Shown here piece by piece: positions 46,246 through 58,562 of a DNA stretch of 64,000 nt (positions are counted from its first letter, which is position 1; each line of letters begins with the position of its first letter). The notes under the pieces were generated by a model, which ran no database searches, was not told the origin of the DNA, and saw only the letters and a program-made list of their open reading frames with translations. Origin of the DNA: Gammaproteobacteria bacterium (GTDB taxonomy: Bacteria; Pseudomonadota; Gammaproteobacteria; JBCCGL01); contig OZ255836.1 of the NCBI GenBank assembly GCA_965277715.1, forward strand, positions 3,104,001 to 3,168,000. The letters run 5' to 3'. The position numbers and the translations under genes were made by a program.

Positions 46246-48276
46246 GTGGAAAATATTGTAAAAAAACTCCCGGACTTTGCTGGATTTGATGCAACACGCG
46301 TCAATCTGCAACTTGACGCAATGCTTGCACAACAGCGTGAAAAACTACAAAAGCTTGAAATTGTAGTATCGCCCAATTGGGAAAATACAATGGATGTGTT
46401 ACAGACAATGGATGATGAGATGGATTATTTTTGGTCACCGGTACGCCACCTCAACGCTGTGATGAATAATCAAGCCCTTCGCACTGCCTATAATGAAGGT
46501 CTGGCAAAACTCAGTGCCTGGTATACTGACCTTGGCCAAAATGAATTGCTGTATCAAAATGTTTTAAGCATACGTGAAAGCGAGCAATTTACAGCTTTAA
46601 ACCCTGTACAACAAAAAATCATCGACAATGCACTGCGCGATTTTAAATTGAGTGGTGTCTCATTGCAGGGACAGCAAAAAGCCCGTTACAAAGCGATATC
46701 ATTGCGTCTTAGTGCGCTCAAATCGACCTTTGAGGAAAACCTGCTCGACTGCAGTAATGCCTGGAAAAAACCAGTTATGCAGATTGATGAGTTGGCTGGG
46801 TTACCCGATAGCGCGTTAAGAATGGCAGAGCAATACGCACGCGATAACGAACAGGATGAAGGCTGGATGCTGGGCCTGGAATTCCCACTTTACTACGCGG
46901 TATTAAGTTATGCAGATGATCGTGCACTGCGTAAAACGCTATATACCGCCTACAATACGAGTGCATCAGATCAGGGACCGCACGATAAAAAATGGCAAAA
47001 TGATGCAATCATCGAAGAAATCCTCGCTTTACGTCACGAAAAAGCACAAATTCTCGATTTTGATCACTATCCGCGATTATCGACAGAGACCAAAATGGTG
47101 GATGGTCCAGAGGCAGTGATTAACTTCTTAGAGCAGTTGCTTGAAAAATCTAAACCACAGGCGGAGCAGGAGTTTTCACAGCTATGTGCTTTTGCCCGCG
47201 AACTGGATGGCCTGCCAACCCTTGAAGCCTGGGATATTGCCTATTACAGCGAAAAACAAAAGCAGGCCCTATACGCCTTTTCCGATGAAGACCTGAAGCC
47301 CTATTTTTCTGCTGAACAAGTGATTTTGGGTATGTTTGAGGTAGTCAAACGTTTATACGGTATCAATATCACGGTTATTGACGGTGTATCTGTATGGCAC
47401 CCGGATGTGCGTTATTTTGAAATTACAGATAGTGATGGTCAGTTGCGTGGTGGTTTTTACCTGGATATGTACGCCCGTGCTAAAAAGCGCGGCGGTGCCT
47501 GGATGGATGAATGCGTCACTCGCTGCAAAACAACACTATACCTGCAAATACCCATAGCCTATCTAACGTGTAACCTCAGCCCACCGGTCGGTGGTTTACC
47601 TTCACTGCTGACTCACGATGAAGTGATTACACTATTTCACGAATTTGGCCATGGTCTGCACCATATGCTAACGCTCGTCGACTATCCCGCTGTGGCGGGG
47701 ATTAACGGTGTGGAGTGGGATGCAGTTGAACTACCCAGCCAGTTTATGGAAAATTGGTGTTGGCAGCGTGAATCACTGGATATAATCAGCGCGCATTACC
47801 AAACAGGGGAGAAAATTCCCGATGTATTATTAGCGCGTGCGCAACGCGCAAAAAACTACCAATCGGCGATGCAAATGGTCAGGCAAATTGAGTTATCACT
47901 ATTTGATATACGCGTGCACTTAAGTGCAGCAGACGCTGAAAAGCGCTCAGTGCAGGCCGTGCTGGATGAAGTGAGAGCAGAAGTTGCGGTGGTTGTACCC
48001 CCTGCATTCAACCGCTTTCAAAATAGCTTTTCGCATATTTTTGCAGGGGGATATGCGGCGGGTTATTTTAGCTATAAATGGGCTGAAGTGTTATCGGCAG
48101 ATGCATTTTCGCGCTTTGAAGAAGAAGGTATTTTTAACCGGAAAACCGGGGGCGATTTTATGCGCACAGTATTGCAACAAGGGGGAATAAAACCCGCTGG
48201 GGAGCTGTTTGCTGAGTTTCGTGGGCGACCACCGGAAATCGATGCGCTACTGCGTCATTCAGGGTTGGCGGCATGA
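46246..48276 (+). CDS. prlC: Oligopeptidase A (M3)
   Basis: HEFGHGLH, WDAVELPSQ, FSHIFAGGYAAGY. Confidence 0.95.
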   Translation: MENIVKKLPDFAGFDATRVNLQLDAMLAQQREKLQKLEIVVSPNWENTMDVLQTMDDEMDYFWSPVRHLNAVMNNQALRTAYNEGLAKLSAWYTDLGQNELLYQNVLSIRESEQFTALNPVQQKIIDNALRDFKLSGVSLQGQQKARYKAISLRLSALKSTFEENLLDCSNAWKKPVMQIDELAGLPDSALRMAEQYARDNEQDEGWMLGLEFPLYYAVLSYADDRALRKTLYTAYNTSASDQGPHDKKWQNDAIIEEILALRHEKAQILDFDHYPRLSTETKMVDGPEAVINFLEQLLEKSKPQAEQEFSQLCAFARELDGLPTLEAWDIAYYSEKQKQALYAFSDEDLKPYFSAEQVILGMFEVVKRLYGINITVIDGVSVWHPDVRYFEITDSDGQLRGGFYLDMYARAKKRGGAWMDECVTRCKTTLYLQIPIAYLTCNLSPPVGGLPSLLTHDEVITLFHEFGHGLHHMLTLVDYPAVAGINGVEWDAVELPSQFMENWCWQRESLDIISAHYQTGEKIPDVLLARAQRAKNYQSAMQMVRQIELSLFDIRVHLSAADAEKRSVQAVLDEVRAEVAVVVPPAFNRFQNSFSHIFAGGYAAGYFSYKWAEVLSADAFSRFEEEGIFNRKTGGDFMRTVLQQGGIKPAGELFAEFRGRPPEIDALLRHSGLAA

Positions 48277-49049
48277 CAGCCCGCTACCTAATATTACTTG
48301 GTGTATTGTTGCTATCGTCGACGGTGTACGCAGATGTAAGGTATGTAGATGATACCCTGTATCTCGGTTTTTACGACAATCAAAGCGGTAGCGGCAAGCA
48401 ATTTTCCTCGGTGCCCAGTGGCACTGTACTGGAGTTACTGCAATCGGGATCGGATTACTCGCTGGTGCGCACAGAAAGAGGCACGGAAGGGTGGGTGAAA
48501 ACCAAATACCTGGTCAGTGAGCCGCCTGCCTCGGTGCGTATCAAAACCCTGGAACAAGTGGCTGAACGCGCCGATGCACTGACAGGCGAAGTGGAAACGC
48601 TGACTCAGGAGAATGTCAGTTTGCGTGAGCAACTTGAATCCCTGGCAGAGCAGTTAAGTGTTGAACAAAGCGAAGCTGAAAAGAAAAATACAGCGACAAA
48701 ACTGCAGAACAGTGTCGATCAGCGAGAGCTTGATGCGTTGAAAACCGCCGTTAATGAAGCAATGCGGGCATTAAAAAATGTGGCTGAAGAACAGACTAAA
48801 GCAGCAAACCAAGCAGCACAGGCCACTATAGCGGAATCAGAACCAGCGGCACCCGCTATAGAATCCAGCCTCACGATGGAGGAGTTAACGATGGAAATCG
48901 CCTGGCAACATATTGTGCACTATCTGCGATCAATCAATTTTCTGAACTATAGCTTAATTGCTGTGGCCGCATTTATTGGGTTTTTACTCGGTATGTTGTT
49001 CCTGGATCGGCGTATCAGGCACCAACATGGTGGCTATCGTCCTTGGTAG
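48273..49049 (+). CDS. SH3-domain coiled-coil membrane protein (TIGR04211/YgiM-like)
   Basis: Signal peptide, RYVDD, GTEGWV..YL, coiled coil, C-terminal TM. Confidence 0.8.
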   Translation: MTARYLILLGVLLLSSTVYADVRYVDDTLYLGFYDNQSGSGKQFSSVPSGTVLELLQSGSDYSLVRTERGTEGWVKTKYLVSEPPASVRIKTLEQVAERADALTGEVETLTQENVSLREQLESLAEQLSVEQSEAEKKNTATKLQNSVDQRELDALKTAVNEAMRALKNVAEEQTKAANQAAQATIAESEPAAPAIESSLTMEELTMEIAWQHIVHYLRSINFLNYSLIAVAAFIGFLLGMLFLDRRIRHQHGGYRPW

Positions 49050-49080
49050 TGGGGTATCTATCCCGTAGCGACAAGCGCTG

Positions 49081-50544
49081 ATGAAATACAAAGATCTACG
49101 CGATTTTATCGCTAAGCTGGAAGCTGATGGTGAGTTGCATCGGGTCACACACTGTGTTGATCCCCACCTGGAAATGACAGAAATCTGTGACCGCACATTG
49201 CGTGCAAGTGGACCGGCACTTTTATTTGAAAACCCCAGAGGTCACAATATACCCGTACTGGGTAACCTGTTTGGCACACCGCGACGGGTCGCCATGGGAA
49301 TGGGTGAGGATAGCGTTGAATCACTGCGTGAAATTGGCAGGCTACTGGCCTTTTTAAAGGAACCCGATCCACCAAAAGGACTAAAAGAAGCCTGGAAGGC
49401 GCTACCTGTGTTTAAAAAAGTAGTGGATATGGTGCCAAAAGTGGTGAATAAAGCCGCATGTCAGCACACCGTTATCCAGGGAGACGATATCGATCTGGGT
49501 AGCTACCCCATTCAGACGTGTTGGCCAGGCGATGCCGGGCCACTGATTACCTGGGGGTTGGTTATCACCAAAGGTCCCAATAAATCCCGGCAGAATATGG
49601 GTATCTACCGACAACAGGTGATTGGCAAAAACAAAGTGATTATGCGTTGGTTGGCACACCGTGGTGGCGCACTCGACTTCCGTGATTGGCAGCAACGGCA
49701 TCCGAACAAACCTTTTCCAGTGGCGGTGGTGTTGGGCGCTGATCCCGCAACAATTCTGGCTGCGGTAACACCTGTGCCCGATAGTTTGCCAGAACACGCG
49801 TTTGCCGGTTTGCTACGCGGCGAACGCACCCGTCTGGTAAAGTGCAAAAACGCTGAACTGATGGTGCCTGCCTCGGCAGAAATTGTGCTCGAAGGGGTGC
49901 TACATCCTAATGAAACCGCACAGGAGGGGCCATTTGGTGATCACACCGGTTACTACAATGAGGTGGAAACCTTTCCGGTATTTACCGTTGAAACCATCAC
50001 CCAGCGCCAACAACCTATTTACCACTCTACCTACACGGGCAGGCCGCCCGATGAACCGGCAATTTTGGGTGTGGCTTTAAACGAAGTATTTGTGCCAATA
50101 CTGTGCAAGCAATTTCCTGAAATTATCGATTTTTACCTACCACCAGAAGGATGCTCTTACCGGGTCGCGGTGGTGAGTATGAAAAAACAATACGCCGGGC
50201 ACGCCAAGCGGGTAATGATGGGTGTGTGGTCATTTTTACGCCAGTTTATGTACACTAAGTTTATTATTGTCGTCGACGATGATATTAATCCACGCGATTG
50301 GCACGATGTAATCTGGGCCATGTCGACCCGCATGGATCCGGTGCGTGATTGTACGATGGTTGAAAACACACCAATTGACTACCTCGATTTTGCCTCGCCG
50401 GTTCCGGGGCTTGGCTCAAAAATAGGATTTGATGCCACGAATAAATTTCCGGGTGAAACGCACCGCGAATGGGGCAGGCCGATTGTGATGAGTGATGCAG
50501 TGAAAGCGCGTGTCGATAGTATGTGGGGGGAGCTGGGTATTTAA
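49081..50544 (+). CDS. ubiD: 4-hydroxy-3-polyprenylbenzoate decarboxylase
   Basis: [27 protein letters not shown]. Confidence 0.97.
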   Translation: MKYKDLRDFIAKLEADGELHRVTHCVDPHLEMTEICDRTLRASGPALLFENPRGHNIPVLGNLFGTPRRVAMGMGEDSVESLREIGRLLAFLKEPDPPKGLKEAWKALPVFKKVVDMVPKVVNKAACQHTVIQGDDIDLGSYPIQTCWPGDAGPLITWGLVITKGPNKSRQNMGIYRQQVIGKNKVIMRWLAHRGGALDFRDWQQRHPNKPFPVAVVLGADPATILAAVTPVPDSLPEHAFAGLLRGERTRLVKCKNAELMVPASAEIVLEGVLHPNETAQEGPFGDHTGYYNEVETFPVFTVETITQRQQPIYHSTYTGRPPDEPAILGVALNEVFVPILCKQFPEIIDFYLPPEGCSYRVAVVSMKKQYAGHAKRVMMGVWSFLRQFMYTKFIIVVDDDINPRDWHDVIWAMSTRMDPVRDCTMVENTPIDYLDFASPVPGLGSKIGFDATNKFPGETHREWGRPIVMSDAVKARVDSMWGELGI

Positions 50545-50726
50545 TTTTTCTGCTGTGCAGATTTGGAAAATACGGTGCAAACAAAAACCAATATTCCCGC
50601 GATCATGGTTGATCAGATGACACCGTTTACAAACCCTGCCAGGTAAAGGCAAAAGTAGTTGCACTTGCCGCCGATCCCATAAATACGTCTGTTTATCCCC
50701 TTATCATCATAAGTACCTAAACATCC

Positions 50727-51323
50727 ATGGTACAAAACGTTATGAATTTCAAAAGTCATGGATTTACCTTAGTTGAATTAATGATCACAGTCGCCTTGAG
50801 TGCGATTGTGTTGAGCTTCGCTGTACCCTCAATGTCGTATCTGATACGCAGTAATTCCGTGATTGCCGTCAATAATAACTTGGTTGGCGATATTCGATAT
50901 GCCCGCAGCGAGGCGATCAAGCGCAATGCGGCGGTAACGGTTTGCGTCGCTAACAACAACTTTAACAATTGTGTACTCGACAGTAATAACTGGAGTGGCG
51001 GCTGGGTTGTGGTGGTCGAGAGTGTGGCACGCAACGGCAATCTGGAGGCAGGAGAGACGATACTGCGTATGACGAGCGGTATCGATGATAGTATTGATGT
51101 TCGCAGCTCAAACGCCACTGGCAATAACCTCGTGGGTGGTTTGAGTTTTGGTGGAGATGGTTTTCCGGTGATTCCCGATGATGGTGCTGCGCCTGTCGGT
51201 GAATTTTTGTTATGCGTTGATAATAAAACGCTCTATTCGAGTAGGATAGAGGTCAATGCTACGGGGCGGCTACGCTCTGCTGGAAGCACCGCTGATTGCA
51301 CCAGTGGTGGGAGTGGTTCGTAA
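50727..51323 (+). CDS. fimT: Type IV minor pilin FimT/FimU
   Basis: G-FTLVELM prepilin site, ARSEAIKR. Confidence 0.88.
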   Translation: MVQNVMNFKSHGFTLVELMITVALSAIVLSFAVPSMSYLIRSNSVIAVNNNLVGDIRYARSEAIKRNAAVTVCVANNNFNNCVLDSNNWSGGWVVVVESVARNGNLEAGETILRMTSGIDDSIDVRSSNATGNNLVGGLSFGGDGFPVIPDDGAAPVGEFLLCVDNKTLYSSRIEVNATGRLRSAGSTADCTSGGSGS

Positions 51324-51781
51324 TGGCTTGTTCGACTGTAAATGCCGCCTTCGCCAGCCGTGGTGTAACGCTTATTGAAGTTATGGTAACGCTGTTTATC
51401 GTCTCTATCGGCTTGTTGGGTGTGGCCGGCTTGCAGTCCACCAGCATCGCCTCCGGCTACACCGCCACGCAACGCTCACTGGTAAATTTTCATGCTGCCG
51501 ATCTCGCCGAGCGTATGCGCGCCAACCGTGACGCGATCATAAGTTATGGTGGCGCCGGTGCCGACAATGACTGCACCGCATCTTGTACCGCCGCGCAAAT
51601 GGCGGCGCTGGATGTTTATGAGTGGCGCGAGGCGCTACGTGCATCACTGGGCGTGAGTGTTACGGGTACTACGATAGTGGTGAATAATGCCGAAACGCCC
51701 GCCGATGTGACTATTACGATAAATTGGCAGGATCGCAAGGAAGACAATACTCAAACACTAACACTCAATTTGCAAATCTAA
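51323..51781 (+). CDS. pilV: Type IV minor pilin PilV
   Basis: G-VTLIE, SIGLLGVAGLQ, ERMRAN. Confidence 0.92.
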   Translation: MACSTVNAAFASRGVTLIEVMVTLFIVSIGLLGVAGLQSTSIASGYTATQRSLVNFHAADLAERMRANRDAIISYGGAGADNDCTASCTAAQMAALDVYEWREALRASLGVSVTGTTIVVNNAETPADVTITINWQDRKEDNTQTLTLNLQI

Positions 51782-51784
51782 CGT

Positions 51785-52807
51785 ATGTTTTCACCACTAC
51801 TAACCGTACCCAAATACCCTCGATTGCGTGCGGCTTCTTTGCAGGCTAACAACCAGGCTGGCATCAGTTTGATTGAAATTATGATCTCGTTGGTTATCGG
51901 CCTGATCGTTATCGGTGGGATATTCACGTTGCTTACCAGTAGTCGGATTTCCTATAGCGTCAACCAGGATCAAGCGTATATGTTGGATGCTGGTCGTTTT
52001 GCCTTACATGTTTTAAATCGTGATTTGCGTCAGGCCGGTGGTTATGGTCGATCCAGTTCGGGTAAGGACATCACTGGCGTGTTGCCTGCCGTCACCGGCG
52101 ACTGCGCTGTAGATTTTTACGCCGACTTCGACCACCCCGTTTTTGGCTTTGACCAGGAAACGCCGTTCGGTAGCACTTGTATAAGCGCGGATAACCATCG
52201 GGACAATACTGACATACTGGTTGTCCGCTACGCCAACCCGTCGGCGGTAGCGGATGATGCCACGCTTGCAAATACTATCTATGTTCAAGGTTATCTGAGT
52301 CAGCTCCAGATTTTCGTTGGTGGCAATCCAAGTGCAGTTCCGACTATTCACCCAAATAATAACTTCCCCTTGAGGGCGCACGTCTACTACGTGCACAACG
52401 ATACCGAACCGGGTGATGGTATACCCTCGCTGCGGCGCATCGCCCTGACCACAGGCAGTGGTGGCGCGGCGAAGATGATCGATGAAACGCTGGCCAGTGG
52501 GATAGAGAATTTCCAGGTGCAATACGGTGTTAACAACTGCACTGGAGCCGACTGCGGTAAAGCTATCAACCGTTACGTCGATGCAGGGGAGAGTATGGCA
52601 GCGAGCACGGCGTTGTTTGATGCGCAAAATATTCAAACGGTGCGCGTGTGGGTTTTGGCGCGCTCCGAGGGTAGGTTGTCGGGTGTGGATACCAGTGGCA
52701 CGTATAGCATGGGGGGCAACGATATAGTAATAGCCAATGATGGTTTTCGTCGGCAGCTTTTTTCCGGAGTTTTTTTACTGCGCAACCTGAGTGCTAGTGG
52801 GGGGTAA
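51785..52807 (+). CDS. pilW: Type IV minor pilin PilW
   Basis: G-ISLIE, RFAL..L.RDLRQAG, GIENFQVQYG. Confidence 0.92.
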   Translation: MFSPLLTVPKYPRLRAASLQANNQAGISLIEIMISLVIGLIVIGGIFTLLTSSRISYSVNQDQAYMLDAGRFALHVLNRDLRQAGGYGRSSSGKDITGVLPAVTGDCAVDFYADFDHPVFGFDQETPFGSTCISADNHRDNTDILVVRYANPSAVADDATLANTIYVQGYLSQLQIFVGGNPSAVPTIHPNNNFPLRAHVYYVHNDTEPGDGIPSLRRIALTTGSGGAAKMIDETLASGIENFQVQYGVNNCTGADCGKAINRYVDAGESMAASTALFDAQNIQTVRVWVLARSEGRLSGVDTSGTYSMGGNDIVIANDGFRRQLFSGVFLLRNLSASGG

Positions 52808-52815
52808 TCGACGCT

Positions 52816-53373
52816 ATGTCTTGCATAACAACATATAATCTGGATTCCAGGGCCAGGCGGCAAGAGGGCGTAGCCCTGGTTGTGGCGATGGTCGTATTGC
52901 TGGTGATGACGCTGCTCGGGGTCTCTGCAGTCAATGTAACCTCGCTGGAGCTGCGTGTCGTCGGCAATACACAAAACCGTAATATCGTCGCACAAACCGC
53001 CGATTCGGTTATCGACCAAATACTCTTCACCACCGACAACAATGAAGATAGAGCCAATTTGGCCGCCAATTATGATGTTGCTAGCCTTGATAATGGTACG
53101 CAAAAATCACAGCTAAGAATCAATCAGTCGAATAATGGCAACCTCGTCAAAACAACATCCATGGTGCTGTATGTTGATGGCACCGAAATGTATAACGAAC
53201 CCTCAGCGCCAAAACCTATTGATTGCCCCGGCTCGTCGCTGAGTTTTTCCTGCATCGGGTATGAAATACGTATGACTGTCACTCATGAGAAATCCAACGC
53301 TTCGGCGACCTATGTGCAAGGGTTGGTGAAAACCGGCCCTAAGCTTGAGAAGGGTAGAATTCTCCAAGAGTAG
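52816..53373 (+). CDS. pilX: Type IV minor pilin PilX
   Basis: G-VALVV (no E5), MTLLGVS; synteny. Confidence 0.88.
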   Translation: MSCITTYNLDSRARRQEGVALVVAMVVLLVMTLLGVSAVNVTSLELRVVGNTQNRNIVAQTADSVIDQILFTTDNNEDRANLAANYDVASLDNGTQKSQLRINQSNNGNLVKTTSMVLYVDGTEMYNEPSAPKPIDCPGSSLSFSCIGYEIRMTVTHEKSNASATYVQGLVKTGPKLEKGRILQE

Positions 53374-53386
53374 TCTTTTGAGTTAT

Positions 53387-56362
53387 ATGGTGGGTCTTAA
53401 TATTATGTTGAATATTTCTGTGTATAACGAATGCTCTAAGGGTATCCTTAAAAATGCGCTTAAACTAAGGATGATACTAACCGGTGCGCTGTGCGGAATT
53501 TTGGCAAGTACGTCGGCGCTTGCCGAAGATATCGAAATTTACCTGCCCGAGGTGAAGCCCAATTTGCTGTTGGTGCTGGATAATTCTCTGGCCAGTCAGG
53601 GTACGAATCTACTGGAGCGCTTTGCTAATCTCAATGTAGGCTTGAGCTTTATTCAGGGTACAGGCATTGCGCAAAATAGCGTCGATATTGATGCCGCTGG
53701 TGGCCGACCACTGTTACTCAGTAAAATAGGCAATGTCCCTAGTGATAGCGGTCACCCGCTGGATGCGGCATTGCTCGCCGCACACACATACCTTAATGGT
53801 GATGGCGAACCAACACATACCTGCCAGCAAACACAAGTAGTGTTGGTTAGCGATGCATTACCTTCTGGTTCTGGTGAGCAACTGTCATCGTTTGGGCCAG
53901 CCGGATCGGAGACAAGCTGTAGCGACAACGGTTGTCTGGACGAAATTGCTGCTGCAATGCCAAGCGGGGTACACGTTGCCACCATTGGCTTTGGTGTCGA
54001 CCTTTCGTCACTTGATGATGCAGGGGAAGGTGGTAGCCGATATTTTCAGGTCAGTGATACCGATGGCCTGATTGCCAGGATTTCCCAATTACTCGAAGCC
54101 AATAACAGCTCCGTCGCCAACAATAATGTGAGTGGGTTTACCAGTGCGGCGGTATCGAATAATTCGCTCAACGCGGCCAGAGATAGAAATTTTATTTATT
54201 TTGGTCAGTTTATCCCTGCTATTACGCCTCGTTGGGAGGGGAATATAAAAAAGTATAGAGTGGCATTCAATAACGGTGAACCGATTATCAGTGGTGACAC
54301 TGAACCACCGACAAACATAGTCAGCAGTACCGGGCAATTTATTGACAGCGCGAAGAGTTATTGGGGAGCTTCTGGTCGTCCTGCGGATGGCAATAACATA
54401 TTGATGGGTGGTGCACGCGCATTGCTTGACGCAGAGAGGCGTGATTCTGGTCGTATGAGCACAGATGTCGCTACATTCCCTGGTACGGAGGTTATACGGG
54501 ATATCCGTGTGCCAAATATCTCGGAGAATAATATTTTTGATGTAGGAAATAATCAGATAACGTCAAGTTATTTTGGTCTCCCAAGTGAGGCAACGGGCAC
54601 CGACCCAAGCGATGTTCCGGAACGAAATCAGTTGATACGCTGGGTGCTCGGTTTTGATGAATTTGATGAAGACAGCGATCCCGCTACAACAGAGCGTCGC
54701 TCTTATAGCGACGCGCTGCATTCACAACCAGTAGTAGTGAGCGTTGATACAAGTGATATAGAGACGCAGAACGATATTCGGCAGATGTTATTATTCACCA
54801 CCACTGACGGTTATTTCCATATACTCAGAGAGAGCAACGGAAAGGAACACTTCGCTTATATACCGGAGGAAGTGCTCGGCATACAAAAAATATTGGCTGA
54901 TAACCACCCTTACACCCGGCGACCGTATGGTCTGGACGGATCAATTACCCCCTTGATTGAGGAGAGGATTCAAGAATCGGGGGCCACTGTAGGCGATATA
55001 GGGGTAATAAATAGTCAGGCTGAGCGCTTCGAGGTATATTTTGGTATGCGGCGAGGTGGTAGGAACTACTACGCTCTTGATCTGTCTTTTGAGAGTGACA
55101 ATATAGTGGAAGGTGAGGATGCCGAAAATGTCTGGTTGCCCTGGAAAATTGTGGAGGGGAATGTTGTGGCTGGGATTCGCGTTGATGGATTCGGCAGGGG
55201 CGCGGAACCTGCGCCCATTACGACGCAACCATACGCTGAACTAGGACAAACCTGGTCGCAGCCCAGCGTGGCGGTAGTCAATATTTCTGGTGAGCGGAAG
55301 GTGCTTATAGTCGTCGGTGGTGGCTACGATCCAGATCAGGATGACGCCACCGCTCGTCAGGTCGATGACAGTGGCCGTGCTATTTACTTTATTAATGTCA
55401 ACACCGGTGTGCGGGAATGGTGGGCGGGTCATCCGGACTCGGCGCATGGCACCAGTAGCGGCCCGAATTTGCCGCTCGAAAATATGCAGTACAGTATTCC
55501 CTCGCAGGTAGCGGTTTATGATATTGATGGTGATGGCTTTTCAGATCGGCTGTACGTTGGCGATATGGGTGGTCAGCTTTGGCGCTTCGATATCAACAAT
55601 GGCAACCCGGCTGACACCCTGGTAACCGGTGGTGTCATTGCCTCACTGGCGGGCAGTTCAGCGACCGATGCCCGGCGCTTTTACTACCCACCGGATGTCG
55701 CACGGGTGGCTCGTCCCTCGGGTTCCTTTCTCGCCGTTACCATCGGTTCTGGTTACCGCGCCCATCCCCTGGATAAGACGATTCAGGATCGGATTTATAT
55801 GATACGGGACCCAGATGTCTTCAGTGCTCCGGCCAACTATACGGCGCTAACCGAGTCTGATTTATTCGACGCGACCGCCAATACAGTTGGTCAGGGCAGT
55901 GACCAGTCGGCACAGTTGGCGCTGCTGGAGGCGGCTGGAGGCTGGTATATCAAGCTTGATGCGGGTGAAAAAATGCTATCCTCACCACTGATTTTGGGTG
56001 GTGCGGTCATTGCGACAACTTTTCAGCCCACCACAGGCAGTGACACAGCTCCCTGTACTACACCTATCGAGAATGTGGCCTCCACCTACACCGTCGACCT
56101 AAGCAACGCTACACCTAGATTCAACTTCGACAATATCGGTTCTGAACTTGATCTCACCAAGGCTGACCGCAAGAAAAAACTGGGTGATAATATCGGTATT
56201 CCTGCTGCACCGGCGTATCTTATAACAACGCTTGCCTCAGGCAGTACCTCGGCGACTGATGGGACTGCGCATTCCGCCGCCGCATTGCTCCTCGGCAATC
56301 AGACAGGCCAAGACCCAACCGAAAACCGGCCGATAAAAACGTATTGGTACGAAGATAATTGA
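53387..56362 (+). CDS. pilY1: PilY1/PilC tip adhesin (start uncertain)
   Basis: [29 protein letters not shown], Ca-binding [22 protein letters not shown]. Confidence 0.92.
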   Translation: MVGLNIMLNISVYNECSKGILKNALKLRMILTGALCGILASTSALAEDIEIYLPEVKPNLLLVLDNSLASQGTNLLERFANLNVGLSFIQGTGIAQNSVDIDAAGGRPLLLSKIGNVPSDSGHPLDAALLAAHTYLNGDGEPTHTCQQTQVVLVSDALPSGSGEQLSSFGPAGSETSCSDNGCLDEIAAAMPSGVHVATIGFGVDLSSLDDAGEGGSRYFQVSDTDGLIARISQLLEANNSSVANNNVSGFTSAAVSNNSLNAARDRNFIYFGQFIPAITPRWEGNIKKYRVAFNNGEPIISGDTEPPTNIVSSTGQFIDSAKSYWGASGRPADGNNILMGGARALLDAERRDSGRMSTDVATFPGTEVIRDIRVPNISENNIFDVGNNQITSSYFGLPSEATGTDPSDVPERNQLIRWVLGFDEFDEDSDPATTERRSYSDALHSQPVVVSVDTSDIETQNDIRQMLLFTTTDGYFHILRESNGKEHFAYIPEEVLGIQKILADNHPYTRRPYGLDGSITPLIEERIQESGATVGDIGVINSQAERFEVYFGMRRGGRNYYALDLSFESDNIVEGEDAENVWLPWKIVEGNVVAGIRVDGFGRGAEPAPITTQPYAELGQTWSQPSVAVVNISGERKVLIVVGGGYDPDQDDATARQVDDSGRAIYFINVNTGVREWWAGHPDSAHGTSSGPNLPLENMQYSIPSQVAVYDIDGDGFSDRLYVGDMGGQLWRFDINNGNPADTLVTGGVIASLAGSSATDARRFYYPPDVARVARPSGSFLAVTIGSGYRAHPLDKTIQDRIYMIRDPDVFSAPANYTALTESDLFDATANTVGQGSDQSAQLALLEAAGGWYIKLDAGEKMLSSPLILGGAVIATTFQPTTGSDTAPCTTPIENVASTYTVDLSNATPRFNFDNIGSELDLTKADRKKKLGDNIGIPAAPAYLITTLASGSTSATDGTAHSAAALLLGNQTGQDPTENRPIKTYWYEDN

Positions 56363-56372
56363 GCGAGTAAAA

Positions 56373-56828
56373 ATGATTAAGCAGACGGTAAAACCGACAA
56401 TAAATAGAAATACCTGTGGCTTTAGCTTAATTGAATTGATGATTGTAGTCGCAATTATCGGAATATTGGCGGCTATCGTTTACCCTTCTTATTCATCGTA
56501 TGTTCAACGGGCCAGCCGCGAAGAAGCCTGGACTAATCTGCTTAAAATAGTCGACAGGCAAGAACGTTATTTTTTGCAGAACAATAATTACGCAAATACG
56601 ACGCAGCTAGCGTACGTTGCGACAGAAGGCACGCCCAACTATAGCTATAGTATTGAAGACCTTGTTACTGACGCTGGATCGAGCGGCGCCTTTACCGCAG
56701 TTGCTACAGTGATAACAGGTAGCCCCCAAGCAGGTGATGCTGACTGCCAGTATATATCCATTGATAGCAATGGTGTGCAAATGGGTGGGACAGGCGCTGA
56801 TACAGCCGTTCGAGACAACTGTTGGTAA
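56373..56828 (+). CDS. pilE: Type IV minor pilin PilE
   Basis: [29 protein letters not shown], terminal CW. Confidence 0.93.
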   Translation: MIKQTVKPTINRNTCGFSLIELMIVVAIIGILAAIVYPSYSSYVQRASREEAWTNLLKIVDRQERYFLQNNNYANTTQLAYVATEGTPNYSYSIEDLVTDAGSSGAFTAVATVITGSPQAGDADCQYISIDSNGVQMGGTGADTAVRDNCW

Positions 56829-57677
56829 ATGAAGCTACTCCGTTACGGTGAAAAAGGTAATGAGAAGCCTGGTTTACTTGATGCCAATGGCACTATCCGC
56901 GATTTATCTGCACATATCGATGATATTGATGGTACAACGCTTGGCCTGGAGTCGATAGCACGTATCAAGGGTTTGGACAGTAATAGCCTGCCTATTGTCG
57001 AAGGCTCACCGCGTATCGGAGCCTGTATTGCCAAACCGGGAAAGTTTCTGGGTATTGGTCTCAACTTTTCCGACCACGCGCAGGAAATTAAGGCCCCGGT
57101 TCCGGATGAACCCATTCTTTTCTACAAGGCCGATACCAGCATCTCCGGGGCGTATGATGATGTTATTCACCCCAAAGGCGCGACCAGGCTGGACTGGGAA
57201 GTTGAAATAGCCCTGGTTGTTGGCAGCATCGCCCGCTATGTGGAAGAAGCGCGGGCCGCCGACTATATTGCCGGTTATTGTATCGTCAATGATGTATCGG
57301 AGCGCGCTTTTCAAATTCAACGCGGCGGTGGCCAGTGGGGTAAGGGGAAAGGTTTTGATTCGTTCGGCCCAACCGGGCCGTGGTTAGTAACCCCGGATGA
57401 AATCGACAATGTGCAAAACCTGGGCATGTGGCTGGATGTCAATGGCGAGCGGATGCAAACGGGCAATACCAATACCATGATTTTTAGTTGTCAGTTTTTG
57501 TTGAGCTACCTAAGCCATTACATGACGCTGATGCCGGGCGATATTATCACTACAGGTACACCCCCAGGTGTTGCGCTGGGCCGCCGCCCCCACCCCTGGT
57601 TGCAACCCGGCGATGTAATGACACTGGGTATTGATGGTCTGGGGCAGCAAAGACAAAGCGTCGTCGCTTTCGAATAA
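56829..57677 (+). CDS. Fumarylacetoacetate hydrolase family protein
   Basis: MKLLRYG, IGLNF, DWEVE, NDVSER, TGTPPGV. Confidence 0.93.
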   Translation: MKLLRYGEKGNEKPGLLDANGTIRDLSAHIDDIDGTTLGLESIARIKGLDSNSLPIVEGSPRIGACIAKPGKFLGIGLNFSDHAQEIKAPVPDEPILFYKADTSISGAYDDVIHPKGATRLDWEVEIALVVGSIARYVEEARAADYIAGYCIVNDVSERAFQIQRGGGQWGKGKGFDSFGPTGPWLVTPDEIDNVQNLGMWLDVNGERMQTGNTNTMIFSCQFLLSYLSHYMTLMPGDIITTGTPPGVALGRRPHPWLQPGDVMTLGIDGLGQQRQSVVAFE

Positions 57678-57894
57678 GTGCTTCAGCCTAATAATCCGTC
57701 GGGTCAATATAAAATAAAATTTTTATTACAAAACCTACGGCTGTTTCAATAGTTTCCCATTGCGTTAACGATAGTCATTTGCGAGCATTGCGCCCCCTGG
57801 CTTACCACCTCGGGCTGCTCTTTTATGGGTGTCCTGTGGCTGGTTACGCGCCAGCCTTTGTAACCCTAAATTTAAGGGTAACCGGAACCAAGCC

Positions 57895-58536
57895 ATGGCA
57901 TATGACTACCTACGCAACCCCCAGGCAATCGAAGACCGCTCGTTTGAGATGATTCGTGCCTGCACCGATTTACGTGGTTTCGATCCACAGCAGGCACAGG
58001 TGGCCATGCGCGTGGTGCACACCTGTGGCCTGCCCGATGTCACGCAACACCTGCGCTTTACCGGTAATGCGGTGCCCGCCGGGTGCGCTGCGCTGGCGGC
58101 GGGCAATGTGGTGTTATGTGATGTCGAGATGATTGTGCGTGGTATTAGCCAGCGCTTTATCGACAACCCGGTGCAGTGTTATTTGAATGCCGATGATATA
58201 GCACAAAAAGTCACCCACAGCGGTCAAACGCGCAGCATGGCCGCGTTAGACTACTGGCAGAGCCAGTTGGGTGGTGCAATTGCTGTGATTGGCAATGCAC
58301 CAACGGCGCTGTTTCGCCTCCTGGAAATACTGCATGCGGGTGCGGCAAAGCCCGCCCTGGTGGTGGCCGTACCGGTCGGGTTTGTCGGTGCGGCGGAGTC
58401 CAAACAGGCACTGTGGGAGACGTGCGAAACCTTGGGACTGGAAGCCATTACACTGCTCGGCAGGCAGGGTGGCAGCGCGATTGCCAGCGCGGTGATTAAT
58501 GCGCTGGGGCGTATGAATAAGGGCGTATTCTTTTAA
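57895..58536 (+). CDS. cobH: Precorrin-8X methylmutase
   Basis: IGNAPTALF, PVGFVGAAESK, GRQGGS. Confidence 0.95.
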   Translation: MAYDYLRNPQAIEDRSFEMIRACTDLRGFDPQQAQVAMRVVHTCGLPDVTQHLRFTGNAVPAGCAALAAGNVVLCDVEMIVRGISQRFIDNPVQCYLNADDIAQKVTHSGQTRSMAALDYWQSQLGGAIAVIGNAPTALFRLLEILHAGAAKPALVVAVPVGFVGAAESKQALWETCETLGLEAITLLGRQGGSAIASAVINALGRMNKGVFF

Positions 58537-58562
58537 GCTGACCACCGCCGCCCCAAATCTTA

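Noticed and set aside
57678-57894. Cobalamin riboswitch upstream of cobH
   Set aside because: No B12-box or GGGAA/GCCACTG core elements recognised
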